Positions 13,890-27,130 of a stretch of DNA of 64,000 nt are shown here, in pieces (position 1 is the stretch's first letter; every line of letters starts with the position of its first letter). Origin of the DNA: Felis catus (lineage: Eukaryota); the NCBI RefSeq assembly GCF_018350175.1, contig NC_058368.1, positions 131,256,001 to 131,320,000 on the forward strand. The letters run 5' to 3'. The notes beneath the pieces were generated by a model. The model saw nothing but the letters and a program-made list of their open reading frames with translations. It was not told where the DNA came from and did no database searches. Both the position numbers and the translations under genes were made by a program.

Positions 13890-14593
13890 ATTTTATTTTT
13901 ATTTTTTTATTTAAATTTAAGTTAACATAAAGTGTAGTCTTGGCTTCAGGAGGAGACCCCAGTGATTCATCTCACACATGACACCCAGTGTTTATCCCAA
14001 AAAGTGTCCTCCCAATGCCCATCACCCAATTAACCCATCCGCCAACTCACCCCACTCCAGCAACCCTCAGTTCTCTGTATTTGAGAGTCTCTGATGTTTT
14101 GTCCCCCTCCCTGTTTTATATTATTTTTGCGCCCCTTTCCTTATGTTCATCTGTTTTGTATCTTAAATTCCATATATGAGTGAAGTCATATGATACTCAT
14201 CTTTCTCTGACTAATTTCACTTAGCATAATACACTCTAGTTCCATCCACGTTGTTGCAAACAGCAAGATTTCATTCTTTTTCAGCCCTGAGTAGTATTCC
14301 ATTTGTATATATACCATGTCTTCTCTATCCATTCATCAGTCAATAGACATTTAGGATCTTTCTGTAATTTGGCTTTTGTTGATAGTGCTGCTATAAACAT
14401 TGGGGTGCGTGTGCCCCTTCAAATCAGCATTTTTGTATCCTTTGGATAAATACCTGGTAGTGCAATTGCTGGGTCACAGGACAGTTCTGTTTTTAAATTT
14501 TTTGAGGAACCTCCATACTGTTCTCCTGAGTGGCTGCGCCAGTTTGCATTCCCACCAGCAATGCAAAAGTTTTCTTCTTTGTCCACATCCTAG
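13890..14593 (-). mobile_element. 5'-truncated carnivore L1 3' end
   Basis: T-rich tail, 3'UTR and ORF2 C-terminus (ccagtttgcattcccaccagcaatgcaaaag). Confidence 0.92.
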
Positions 14594-14879
14594 CAAGGGA
14601 ACAATAAGGGACAATGAAACAGAGACATGGGTGCTGTTGGAGCCAAGAGTTAAAGGAACAGTTGAAAGGAGAAGTTGCAGACATAGAGGAGATCAATTTA
14701 CATAGGGCTTAAAGGGTTAAACTATGTTCCTACCCTGTGGGTGAAGTCTTAAAGGGTTTAAAAAAAGGAAAAAGTATAATAAGTGGCTTTAAGTTTGGTG
14801 AGCTACCAACAGTCACTAGTGAGTTACAGAAGCTCAACTTAAGACCTCAGTTTACTAACACTCTGACCAAATGTCATTC

Positions 14880-15055
14880 CATAAGCCTGGTACATCAATA
14901 CAGCCTGAAGGCTTATTAACACACAGATTGCCAGACCCTACCACCAGAGTTTGATTCAGCAGATTTGGGGTGGGCTCAAGAGTTTTTATTTCTGTTAAGT
15001 TTCTAGGTGCTATTGATACTGCTGGTCCAGGATACACTTTGAGAATCAGTGCACT
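14880..15055. mobile_element. MER5A-like hAT MITE
   Basis: cagattgccagaccctaccaccagagtttgattcagcagatttggggtgggctcaaga..gctggtccaggatacactttgagaatcagtg. Confidence 0.8.
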
Positions 15056-15768
15056 GAACCATATCACTCAACAAATTAAATATAGGACCATTCAGAGGTT
15101 TGGGTGGAAAAAGAAAGAAAACCCCAGGCATAGAAACAGCAAAAAAAAAAAAAATGGATAACCTAAGAATCATTTATATTTAGTCGGGGAGCATTTTTTT
15201 TTTCTCAGCAGCAAACACAACCTTGGGCTGCAAATTCATTCCCATGCGTCTCATTCTGTTACCTGTAAAACAAGGTCATTGAACCAAATGAGTTTTAACA
15301 TCTCTTCCAGGTATAAACTTCTACAATTTTACAATTAAGCTTCTTAATTGTATTTTGCAAAGGTGTTTGTTACATTACTTTTTACTCTTCAAATACACAT
15401 TTGGGTAAAAATAAGGAGAACATGGTCTAAGATTTCGGGGAAGTGGATCAGAGTTAAAACTGGGCTGTTATTCATGACTGATAAAAAGGCTGGACCATCA
15501 AATTAAACACACATGATATGCAGCATGGTCGTTAATAAAATATCAAGATAAAATCAGGTGATTTGCTAAAATTCTTGAATTTTGAAATATTTAAAAACTC
15601 AATTTTTTGAGGCATCCTTCTAAATGATTGTTTACCTGAAACATAATCCAAATAGTATTTTCCCTTTAACAAACATATCAATATCCTTCTTCACCATCTT
15701 ATTAGCTAAGGGTACCCGTGGTGAGACAGATTTTAAAGTACCACACAAATAGTAAAATGTCCAGAGTC

Positions 15769-16365
15769 TGTGGTAATGCAAGCTGGTGCAGTCACTCTGG
15801 AAAACAGTATGGAGGTTCCTCAAAACACTAAAAATAGAACTACCCTACGACCCAGCAATTGCACTACTAGGCATTTATCCAAGGGATACAGTTGTGCTGT
15901 TTCAAAGGGACACATGCATCCCTGTGTTTATAGCAGCACTATCAACAATAGCCAAAGAATGGAAAGAGCTCAAATGTCCATCAATGGATGAATGGATAAA
16001 GAAGATGTGGTATATATATACAATGGAGTATTACTCGGCAATCAAAAATGAAATCTTGCCATTTGCAACTATGTGGATGGAACTGGAGGGTGTTATGCTA
16101 AGTGAAATCAGTCAGAGAAAGACAAAAATCATACGAGTTCACTCATATGAAGTCTCTAAGAGTCAAAACAGATGAACATAAGGGAAGGGAAAGAAAAATA
16201 ATATAAAAACAGGGAGGGGGACAAAATTTATGAGAAGAGACTCATAAATATGGAGAACAAACTGAGGGTTACTGGAGGAGTTGTGGGAGGGCGGATGGGC
16301 TAAATGGGTAAGGGGCACTAAGGAATATACTCCTGAAATCAGTGTTGCTCTATATGCTAACTAAC
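15769..16365 (+). mobile_element. Felid L1 3' end lacking poly(A)
   Basis: ORF 15786-16175 ([36 protein letters not shown]) is the L1 ORF2 C-terminus; 3'UTR stops at ..tatgctaactaac. Confidence 0.93.
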
Positions 16366-16879
16366 ATGCTACATAATATTGCTGTCATTTTTTTACAAAA
16401 ACATCAAAAATATTTTAAGACTTTACATATAGCACTTTGCTTATTTTTGTTTTGCTCACTATGACTCCTCTTAAATCAATTCTTTAAGAACATCATATTT
16501 CCTTGTTAAATATTTCTTACTGACTTTGTATTAGGAATTAAACAGCATCCAATGTTTTCACTGCAGGTTTTGATTTTTCTGTCCAGTTAATGTCCTCTGC
16601 ATAATTTTGTGTGTTAATCACATTAAAATATCTCATAACTTCAGGAGGAATCTACTTTTCCATCTGTGAAATAAACTTGTTAGTTTGTCTTCTCTCTGTC
16701 ATGTGTCCCTGTCTTTAATTTGACTCCTTTATTTAATAAGAATTAAATCTTTGGTATTCTTCAGTGCTTTACCTCAGTGCACCCATGTCATTTTCCTTTT
16801 GTCATATTTCCTAAAAATAGCAGCCTTTTTCAAAATCATACACTCCTGAACGTCTCTGATGCTAAGGGTGAAATTCAAA

Positions 16880-17470
16880 CTTTTTGTGGAAGTTCTTACA
16901 GACAGCTCAGACTGAGTAACAGAAAATAATTTACTGGAAAGAGGTCAAGATAACTCTCAGAAATACAGGAAGAGCTGCAGAACCAGGGGAAACTCAGATA
17001 ATATTGAGAACAGAACCAGAGGCCCAAGCAAAATCAGTTGTCTCTCCTTCTCTTCTCTCTGTGCTCTTCTTTGTGTGACTTCATTCACTCCTGCTGCAGG
17101 AAAAGCTTTCTCCAAACCATGGGAACATGGCCACAGGCTACTTGTTAACCTAACAGGAAAAAAGAGTTTTCTCCCAGCTCTCATTAAATGTGTAGGAATG
17201 GACCCAGACTGTCCTTGATCAGGTGATACTATCTCATGGTCCACTCACTTTAGCAAAGGTAACATAGGATTATGATTGGCCCAATCTATGCCACATCCCA
17301 CCCTTACAGTGTCCAAAAGAGAAATGCCTTGATTGGTAGCTTCCTGATTGTATTAGAGGAAAAGTCGAAGAAGGAGGATATTTTCCCAAACAGGCAAAAT
17401 GGCGTGTCCACTACTATTCCGCTTATTATTGGAGTGAAAAAAACACCCCAAGGATGCATAGCCAAACAGA
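16880..17470 (-). mobile_element. Old MaLR LTR (MLT1J/K/L-like)
   Basis: Motif order cagctcagact..aatttactggaa..tctctgtgctcttctttgtgtg..gattggccc..ttcccaaa..ggatgc resembles MLT1J-L; heavily diverged. Confidence 0.55.
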
Positions 17471-18789
17471 GCAGGTATTGGCATGAACTCTCTTTATTGA
17501 GTCAGTATTGAGAGAATAATAATCCTTAACCTCAGCAGAGCTTCCTGTGGAGACCTTGTGATAAAACCTTGGCAGCTCCTACGGGTACTGACTCCATAAT
17601 GGTAACTTGGAGGTGCAGCTTCTATCAGCAACAACAATTTTGATCCTCTCCTCCCCCAGAACAGCTTCCACTTCCCTCCACACATGCGCAGCTCAGTGAA
17701 ATTCTCCCAAAAGGAACTCCAGAGGGAGCGCACCATGGAACTGTTGTGTGCAGGCAGCAACGATGCTACAGAACTCTTCAATGAACTTGCTCAAAGTGCC
17801 CAAGGACCGCATCAGGAAAACCAGCCCATGGAATATACCTGTTGCCACACCTTAGCTGCCTCCTCAGCAGCCTCTTACTGTGTCTTGAAAAGAGGTTCAG
17901 GTTCAGCTTCCTGTGCTCAGCGCCTTCATAATCCTTAAATGAACCCAAAGGCTGGAGTGTTGGAAGTAATGTTCCACAAAGAGAATGCTATCTGCATCCA
18001 TGTTTCCAGAAGACTCTCCAAAAGCCAAATTTAGGCTTCATTTGTCTCCACACTTGCAAGCAGATTGTACTTTCCCAGCCCAAGATTAGCAGTGTGTAAT
18101 GTATTCCTGGAAGGGTGTATTAGAAACTAATGCCAGTCTAGAAATTCCAGAATATTTTTAAACACTGTATATCCTTTAATATGCAGATATATTTAATAAA
18201 GACCAAGGGTAGCAATGTATGAGAACTTGTGATGCTTCGACTTATAACCAAGGTCTTTAAATCAGAAATACAAAGGTATCTTGTTGCTATTAATAAAAAT
18301 AAGAATAAAACAATGAGGGAAACACTGAGAAAAATTGATGACTACCTTAGGAGATGTTGCTAGACTGTGTTAAACCCAAGGACAGTGAAGGCCAACTGTC
18401 CATTCATTTCTCTGACATGTTCGGCAATGAGATCAGATAAGTCAATTACTAATGGTAGTGTTGAGATCAAAGGCCTTAAGATCCTTTTATGGTTTTAAGT
18501 TTTCTTTGGTATCTTGGTATCTCAAATTGATTTTGTCTTGATTGCTTATGGTCTCCTATGACTATTCTTAGTATGCTAAATATCCATGAATTTCTAAAGA
18601 ACTTCTTGATCAACATAATGGAGAAAAATTTCTCCAAGTGCCTCTTTCAGTTTTATTCTAGTTTATAAAATTGGTAATAATGGATAGATTATCCTATGAA
18701 AAGACAAATGTTTCCAATCCATCTTTTGATGATGCATTATCAGGTATGCCTGTTAACCTGCTAAAGACTTGTTTCCATTTTACTGGATT

Positions 18790-20560
18790 TTATTTTTTTT
18801 AATTTTATATATTTTATTTTGTTTTTAGTTTCAAGTTCTTATTTAAATTCCAGTTGGTTAAAATACAATGTAATACTAGTTTCAAGAGGAGAATTTAGTG
18901 ATTCATCACTTACATGAAACACCCAGTGCTCATCCCAACAAGTGCCCTCCTTAATACCCATCATCCATCTAGCCCATCCCCCATCAATCTCCCCTTCAGC
19001 AAACCTCAATTTGTTCTCTATAGTAAAGAGTCTTCTATGGTTTCCCTTCCTTTTTCTTCTCCTTATGCTTATCTTTTTAATTTCTTAAATTCCACATGAG
19101 TGAAATCATACAGTAGTTGTCTTACTTATTTTACTTAGCATAATACTCTCTATTTCCATCCACACTATTGCAAATGGCAAGATTTCATTCTTTCTGATGG
19201 CTGAGTAATATTCCATCATATACATTTCTATATTATGTTTATAATATTTATATTTTAACATATATAAAAATTATATATATATATACATACTGCATCTTCT
19301 TTATCCATTCATCAGTCGGTGGACATCTTGGTTCTTTCCCTAATTTGTCTATTGTTAATAATGCTGCTGTAAAATCAGGGTGCATGTGTCCCTTTGAATC
19401 AGTATTTTTGTATCCTTTGGGTAAATACCTAGTATTACGATTGCTGGATCATAGGGTAGTTCTATTTTTAACATTTCGAGGAACCTCCATACAATTTTCC
19501 AGAGTGGCTGCACCAGTTTGCATTCTCATCAACAGTGCAGAAGTGTTCTCCTTTCTCCACATCCTCACCAACACCTGTTGTTGTTAATTTTAGCCCTTTT
19601 AACAGGTGTGAGGTAATATCTCATTTTAGTTTTGATTTGCATTTCCCCATTGGGAAATGATGATGAGCATCTTTTCATGTGTCTGTTACCCATCTGGATG
19701 TCTTCTTTGAAGAAATGTCTGTTCATGTCTTCTGTCCATTTTTCAAATCTGATTATTTGTTTTTTAGGTGTTAAGTTTTACCAGTTTTTTATATATTTTG
19801 GATATTAACCTTTTGTCCGATATGTTACTTGCAAATGTCTTCTCCCATTCCCTAGGTTGTCTTCTAGTTTTGTTGATTGTTTTCTTTGCTGTACAGAAGC
19901 TTTTTAATTTAATGTAGTCCCAATAGTTTATTTTGGCTTTTGTTTCCCTTGCCTTAGGAGACCTATCTAGAAAAAAGTTGCTATAGTTGATGTCGAAGAG
20001 GTTACTGTCTGTGTTCTCTTATAGGATTTTTAGGGTTTCTAATCTCACATTTAGGTCTTTAATCCAGTTTGAATTTGGTTTTGTGTATGATGTATGAAAG
20101 TGTTCCAGTTTCTTTCTTGTACAGGTTGCTGTTCAGTTTTCCCACCATTTGTTGAAGAGATTGTCTTTTTTCCAATGGATATTCTTTCTTGCTTTGTCAA
20201 AGATTAGCTGACCATATAGTTTGGGGTCAATTTCTGAGTTTTCTTTACGATTCCATTGATGTGTGTTTGTTTTGTGCCGTTACCATACTGTCTTGATTAC
20301 TACAGCTTTGTAGTATAACTTGAAGCCTGGAATTGTGATGCCTCAGCTTTGCTTTTCTTTTCCAAGTTTGTTTTGGCTATTTGGGGTCTTCTTTGGTTCC
20401 ATACAGATTTTAGGATTGTTTGTTCTAGCTCTGTGAGATCTGCTGCTAGTGTTTTGATAGGGAATGCATTAATGTATAGATTGCTCTCAGTAGTATAGAC
20501 ATTTTAACAGTATTTGTTCTTCCAGTCCATGAGCATGGAATGTTTTTCCATTTCTTTCTC
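18790..20560 (-). mobile_element. Older carnivore L1, 3' ~1.8 kb
   Basis: T-rich tail at 18790-18840, 3'UTR, then ORF2 C-terminal region up to catggaatgtttttccatttc. Confidence 0.92.
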
Positions 20561-20579
20561 TTTTCAGATTTTTAAATCT

Positions 20580-23500
20580 CTTTTATGTATTTATTTTTTT
20601 AAATATTATTTATTGACAAGTTAGCTAACATACAGTGTATACAGTGTGCTCTTGGCTTTGGGTATGGGTTCCCATGATTCATCACTTACATACAGCACCC
20701 AGTGTTCATCCCAGCAAGTGCTCTTCTCAATGCCCATCAGCCATTTTCTCCTCTCCCCTGTACCCCCATCAACCCTCAGTTTGTTGTCTGTATTTAAGAG
20801 TCGCTTATGGTTTGCCTCCCTCTCTGGTTGAAACTATTTTTCCCCTGGTAGTCCCCATGGTCTTCCATTAAGTATCTCAAATTCCACATATGAGTGAAAA
20901 CATATGATATCTTTCTATGCCTGACTTATTTCACTTAGCATAATACCCTCCTGTTCCATCCATGTTGTTGCAAATGGAAAGATTTCATTTTTTATCATTG
21001 CCAAGTAGTATTCCATTGTAAACATAAACCACATCTTCTTTATCCTTTCATCAGTTGATGGACATTTGGGCTTTTTTTCCCCATAATTTGGCTATTGTTG
21101 ATAGTGCTGCTATAAACATTGGGGGTACATGTGCCCTATGAATCAGCACTCCTGTATCCTTTGTATACATTCCTAGTTGTGATATTCCTGGGTTGTAGGG
21201 TAATTCTATTTTTAATTTTTTGAGAAACCTCCACACTGGTTTCCAGAGAGGCTGCACCAGTTTGCATTCCCACAAATAGTGCAAGAGGATTCGCATTTCT
21301 TCACATCCTTGCCAACATGTGTTGTTTCCTGAGTTGTTCATTTTAGCCACTCTGACCAGTGTGAGGTGGTATCTCAATGTGGTTTTGGTTTGTATTTCCC
21401 TGATGATGAGCTATGTTGAGCATCTTTTCATGTGTCTGTTTGTCATCTGGATGTCTTCTTTAGAAAAGTGTCTATTCATGTCTTTTGCTCATTTCTTCAC
21501 TGGATCATTTGGTTTTTGAGTGTTGAGTTTGGTAAGTTCTTTATAGATTCAAATACCAACCCTTTATCTGATATGTCATTTGCAAAATTTTTCTCCCATT
21601 CCATTGATTGCCTTTTAGTTTTGTCGATTGTTTCCTTTGCAGTGCAGAAGCTTTTTATCTTGATGAGGTCCCAATACTTCATTTTTGCTTTTATTTCCCT
21701 TGCCTTTGAAGACATGTCGAGTAAGAAGTTGCTGTGGCTGAGGTCAAAGCAGTTGTTGCCTGTTTTCTCCTTTGGAGTTTTGATGGTTTCCTATCTCACA
21801 TTTAGTTCTTTCATCCATTTTGAGTTTATTTTTTGTGTATGGTGTAAGAAAGTGGTCTAGTTTCATTCTTCTGCATGTTGCTGTCCAGTTCTCCCAGCAT
21901 CATTTGCTAAAGAGACTGTCTTTTTTCCATTGAATATTCTTTCCTGCTTTGTAAAAGATAAGTTGGCCTTAGATTTGTGGGTCCAATTCTGGGTTCTCTA
22001 TTCTATTCCATTTGTCTATGTGTCTGTTTTTGTGCCACTATGACACAATATGATGATTGCTGCCAATATTGATGATTACAGCTTTGTAGTAGAGGTGGAG
22101 GTCTGGACTTGTGATGCCTCCCACTTTGGTTTTCTTTTTCAACATTTCCTTGGCTATTCAGGGTCTTTGTGGTTCCATACGAATCTTAGGATTGTTTGTT
22201 CTAGCTCTGAGAAGGATGCCGGTAAATTTTTGATTGGGATTTTATTGAATGTGTAGATTGCTTTGGTTAGTAAAGACATTTTAACAATATTTGTTTTTCT
22301 GATCAAAGAACATGGAATGTTTTTCCATTTATTTGTGTTTTTTTTTTTTTCAATTTCTTTCATAAGTTTTCTATAGTTTTCAGCACACAGATCTTTTACA
22401 TCTTTGGTTAGGTTTATTCCTAGATATGTTATGGTACTTGGTGCAGTTGTAAATGGTATCAATTTCTTGACTTCTCTTTCTGTTGCTTCATTATTGGTGT
22501 ATAGAAATGCAACCAATTTCTGTACTTTGATTTTGTGTCCTGTGATTTTGCTAAATTCATGTAGCAGTTCTAGCAGTCTTTCGGGTTTTCCATGTAGAGT
22601 ATTATATCATCTGCAAAAAGTGACAGGTTGACTTTTTCTTTGCCGATTTGGATGCCTTTTATTTCATTTTGTTGATTGCTGAGGCTAGGACTTCCAACAC
22701 TGTGTTAAACAAGAGTGGTGCGAGTGGATATCCTTGTCATGTTCCTGATCTCAGAGGGAAAACTCACAGTTTTTCCGCATCGAGGATGATATTAGCTGTG
22801 GGCTTTTCATATATGGCTTTTATGATGGTAAGGTATATTCCTTCTATCCTAACTTTCTTGAGGATTTTCATTAAAAAAGGATGCTATATTTTGTCAAATG
22901 CTTTTTCTGCATCTATTGACGGGATCATATGGTTCTTATCTCTTCTTCTATTAATGTGATGTGATGTATCACATTGTTTTGTGAATATTGACCTAGCCCT
23001 GCAGCCCAGGAATGAATCCCATTTAATCATATTGAATTCAGTTTGCTAGTATCTCGTTGAGAATTTCTGCATCCAGTTTCATCAGGGATATTGGCCTATA
23101 ATTCTCCTTTTTACTGGGGTCTCTGTCTGGTTTGGGAATTGAGATAATGTTGGCTTCACATAATGAGTCCAGAAGCTTTCCTTCTGTTTCTGTTTTTTTG
23201 GAACAGCTTGAGAAGGATAGGTATTAACTCTGCTTTAAATGTCTGGTAGAATTCCCCTGGGAAGCCATCTGGCCCAGGACTCTCACTTGTTGAGAGATTT
23301 TTGATAACCAATTTAATCTCTTTGCTGGTTATGTGTCTCTTCAAATTTTCTGTTTCTTCCCCTTTGAGTTTTGGTAGTGTGTGGTGTCTAAGAATTTTTC
23401 CATTTCTTCCAGGTTGTCCAGTCTGTTGGCATATAATTTTTAATAGAATTCTATAATAATTGTTTGTATGTCTGTGATGTTGGTTGTGGTTTCTCCTCTT

Positions 23501-26407
23501 TGATTTGTGATTTTATCTATTTGGGTTCTCTCTTCTTTTTTAGAAGTCTGGCTAGGGGGTTATCAATTTTGTTTACTTTCTCAAAAAACCAGCTCTTAGA
23601 TTCATTGATCTGTTCTAATTTTTTTTATTCTATATTGTGCATTTCTGCTCTAATCTTTATTATTTCTCTTCTGCTGGCTTTGGGGTTTCTTTGCTGTTCT
23701 GCTTCTAGTTCCTTTAGCTGTTAGGTTATGTTTTCTATTTGGGATTTCTTCTTGTTTCTTGAGATAGGCCTGGGTTGCAATGTATTTTCCTTCCATGACT
23801 GCTTTTGCTGCATCCCAAAGGGATGGACTGTAATGTTTTCATTTTCATTTGCTTCCATATATTTTTAAATTTCTTCTTTAATTGCCTGGTTGACCCATTC
23901 ATTCTTTAGTAGGATGTTCTTTAACCTACATGTATTTTGAGGCTTTCCAAATATTTTCTTATGGTTGGTTTCAAGTTTCATAGTGTTGTGATCTGAAAGT
24001 GTGCATGTATGATCTCAATTCTTTTATATTTGTTGAGGGCTGTTTTGTGATCCAGTATGTGATCTATTTTGGAGAATGTTCCATGTGCCCTCAAGAAAAA
24101 TGTGCATTCTGCTTTTGGATGAAAAGTTCTGAATATGTATATTAAGTCCACCTGGTCCAGTGTTTCATTAAAGGCCATTGCTTCCTAGCCTAGATTTTCT
24201 GCCTAGATGATCTGTCCATTGTTGTAAGTGGCATATAAAAGTTCCCTCAATTACCATATTCTTATCAATAAGATTGCTTATGTTTGTGATTGACATACAT
24301 TTCATTGTCACCAAGTTGGGGGAATGAACATTTACAATTGTTAGTTCTTGATGGATAGACCCTGTGATTACAATATAATGCCCTTCTTCACCTCTTGATA
24401 CAGGCTTTAGTTTAAAATCTCATTTATCTGATATAAGTATGGCTACTCTAGCTTTCTTTTGACTTCCAGTAGCATGATAGATGGTTCTCCATCCCCTCAC
24501 TTGCGATCTGAAGGTGACTTCAGGTCTAAAATGAGTCTCTTGTATACAGCATATAGATGGATCTTGGGTTTTTTTTATCCATTCTGATACCCTATGTCTT
24601 CTGATTGGGGCATTTAGTCCATTTACATTCTGAGTTATTACTGAAAGATATGGATTTAATGCCATTGTATTATCTGTAGGTTTCAGCATATGGTGATATC
24701 TCTGGTCCTTTGTAGTCTTTGCAGCATGTCACTCACAGAGTCCCCCTTGGGATCCCTTGAAGGGCTGGTTTAGCGGTCATGAAATCCTTTGTTTGTCTGG
24801 GAAAGCCTTTATCTCTCCTTCTATTCCGAATTACAGCCTTGTTGGATAAAGGATCCTTAGTTGCATATTTTCCCTATTCAACACGTTGAAAATATCCTGC
24901 CACTCCCTTCTGGCCTGCCAAGTTTCACTGGACAGGTCTATGTGCCTCCCCTTGCAGGTTAATGTCCATTTGTCCCTAGCTGCTTTCAGAATTCTCTCTT
25001 TAACTTTATATTTTTCCAGTTTCACTATAATATGCTGTAGCAAAGACCTATTCTTGTTGAATCTGAAGGGAGTTCTTCTTGCTTCCTGGATTTGGATGTC
25101 TGCTTCCTTCCCCAGATTAGGGAAGTTCTCAGCTATAATTAGTTCAAGTAAACCTTCTGCCCCTTTCTATCTCTCTGCCCCAGGAAAGCCTGTTATATTT
25201 GTACTCCTGAGAGTAATGGCTTTGCAATTACTTATTGAAGATATGTTGTCCAGGGCCTTGCACTTCAGGAAGTATTTCTGGTGTATGCTCTGTGCACCCT
25301 GATGCTGTGATTTGGCTGCTCTTTCCCTCAGGTCTGTCCTCTGCAGAGTGTCTCCTTGCCTGCAGTGGAGAGTGTTGGGACCTTGACCAGAGTGTGGCAA
25401 GTTTTAACTAGGTGTGTTCTGGTCTGCTTATTAAAAGAGACCTGATGTTATTGGCACTAGAGCTGAAGCTTTGCAGAACTCTATGTCGGTAGACCTGGTG
25501 CATGCAGGGAGCTTGTGCTAGTCATCTGGAGGAGGGGCCTGCGGCACTGGTTATAAGGCACACTTACCTGAGAAAAGCACCACCTGCAGAGCACAGGGCA
25601 AGTGGGTCCTGGTATGAGTAGTTGAGGCTCCCATTGTTGGTTCTGTGCTGCTTACTGAACTTTGTTTATACTGAGGGGTGAGGGAGAGAAATGGCACCCA
25701 GAGAGGTGTGTTCGCACCTGCTGTTATCCAGGAAACTGTCCCAAAAGAATTGAACAATTTCACCTTATGCTTCCCGGGCATTCCTCAGATCCCTGTCATC
25801 ACCCTGTTTGTGCCTTGGCCATCTGCCTGCCCAGCAGTGCACCTATGTTCTATCCCAGGCAGGCTGACTGAGTTTTAAAACTCTAAACTTTAGGGACCTG
25901 GTATGGTGGGGACCCGTGCTGGTCCTCTGGGGCAGGGGGATCTTGACATACTGGGAATTATGGAGGCTTGTCCCAGAAGGACAGTTGAACCAAAGTGCAC
26001 AGGCATGGATTTTGGAGTAAGCACAGAAAAGAGTCAGTGTCCAGGTTATCCACCCATGGCAGATATCTCTGTGCCTATGTTGAGGGGCCGAAGAGGGAAG
26101 TGGCACCTGTCAGCTCTTTTGTTCCTGGGCAGGCAACGCCACACTTCCCACATATGCTCCATGAATGAGGAACTGTCTCTGCCAGTGTGTCCCAGGGGGT
26201 CTTGAGATAGTGCTGTCCACTACCAGGCTATCTGCCTTCCTTCTCCGCAGGAGCGCTGCAGTGCACATCAAGTTCCAAACGGCCACATGAAAGACCTCTA
26301 AAACTCCAGTCTTTGAGCCCCCTTGTTGTTAAAACTCAGGAAATCAGTCTTCTCATTTTCTTGTCAATGGCTCTGGGAAAGTGTTTTCTTTGTGTAATCC
26401 CCTGTGT

Positions 26408-26446
<39 letters not shown>

Positions 26447-26686
26447 CCCCCCCCCCACTCTTCTGACCAAGGCTCCCTCTCCTCATAGCACCTGCAGTCC
26501 TTTTCTCTCCTAAATCATGTCTCTGCACCTCCTACTTTTCATAATGTGGTCTCTTCTCTCCCTCTAGTTATGTAGTTTGTTCTGTCAGTCCTCAGATTGA
26601 TTTCTTGGGTATTTAGAATGATTTGATATTTTCTAGCTTTGTTCTAGGGACAAGGCAAGCCTAGGATCCTGCTACTGCTCCCATCA
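20580..26686 (-). mobile_element. Near-full-length carnivore L1 with internal deletion of the ORF1 N-terminus
   Basis: ORF2 pieces (21051-21377, 22154-22516, 23156-23344 SPGPDGFPGEFYQTFK, 24420-24689 NVNGLNAPIRRHR..ICCIQETH), ORF1 C-terminal piece 24831-25043, ~1.5 kb 5'UTR, L1 5' terminus ..ctaggatcctgctactgctcccatc. Confidence 0.93.
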
Positions 26687-27002
26687 GCATTTTGTTGATG
26701 GCAATCAGATAATGTCATTAATATTCTCTATTATTAAAATAGCTCACCATTACTAAACTTTTTATTTTGGAATGGTCCATCTTATTCTTTGGTACTCATT
26801 TGATATTTTTCATACCTTAATAAAGTGTCAAACAGTGCTCTGATATTTACACCTGTTGTCATTTGGTGCTATTTCATTAAAGAATACAGGACTAGAGCAA
26901 ATGGAAAGCACATTGTCGCAAGTTGCAACTGACCTTCTCCAGGTCTTGGCTTAGCCATGTACTAGTTATATGCTCTAAAAATAGGAAGGGATTAGCACTA
27001 AA

Positions 27003-27130
27003 TTAGTGGTTCCCAAACTTTGCTGTGCATTACAGTCACCTGGAGAGCTCTTTAATCAAATCACATGTATATCAATTAAATCTGAATATCTGAGGGTGGG
27101 AGTTAGTGTATACCAAAGTTTGGGAAACTT
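27003..27130. mobile_element. MER5-family hAT MITE
   Basis: agtggttcccaaactttg..cagtcacctggagagct...ccaaagtttgggaaact with terminal inverted repeats. Confidence 0.7.

Noticed and set aside
13890..16365. Oppositely oriented L1 3' ends as one twin-primed inversion
   Set aside because: They overlap in L1 coordinates, differ in 3'UTR structure and are separated by 1.2 kb of older DNA, so they are independent insertions.
18351..18436. Exon-like frame EMLLDCVKPKDSEGQLSIHFSDMFGNEIR ending CAG|ATAAGT
   Set aside because: Poor pyrimidine tract, non-canonical donor, no recognisable homology.
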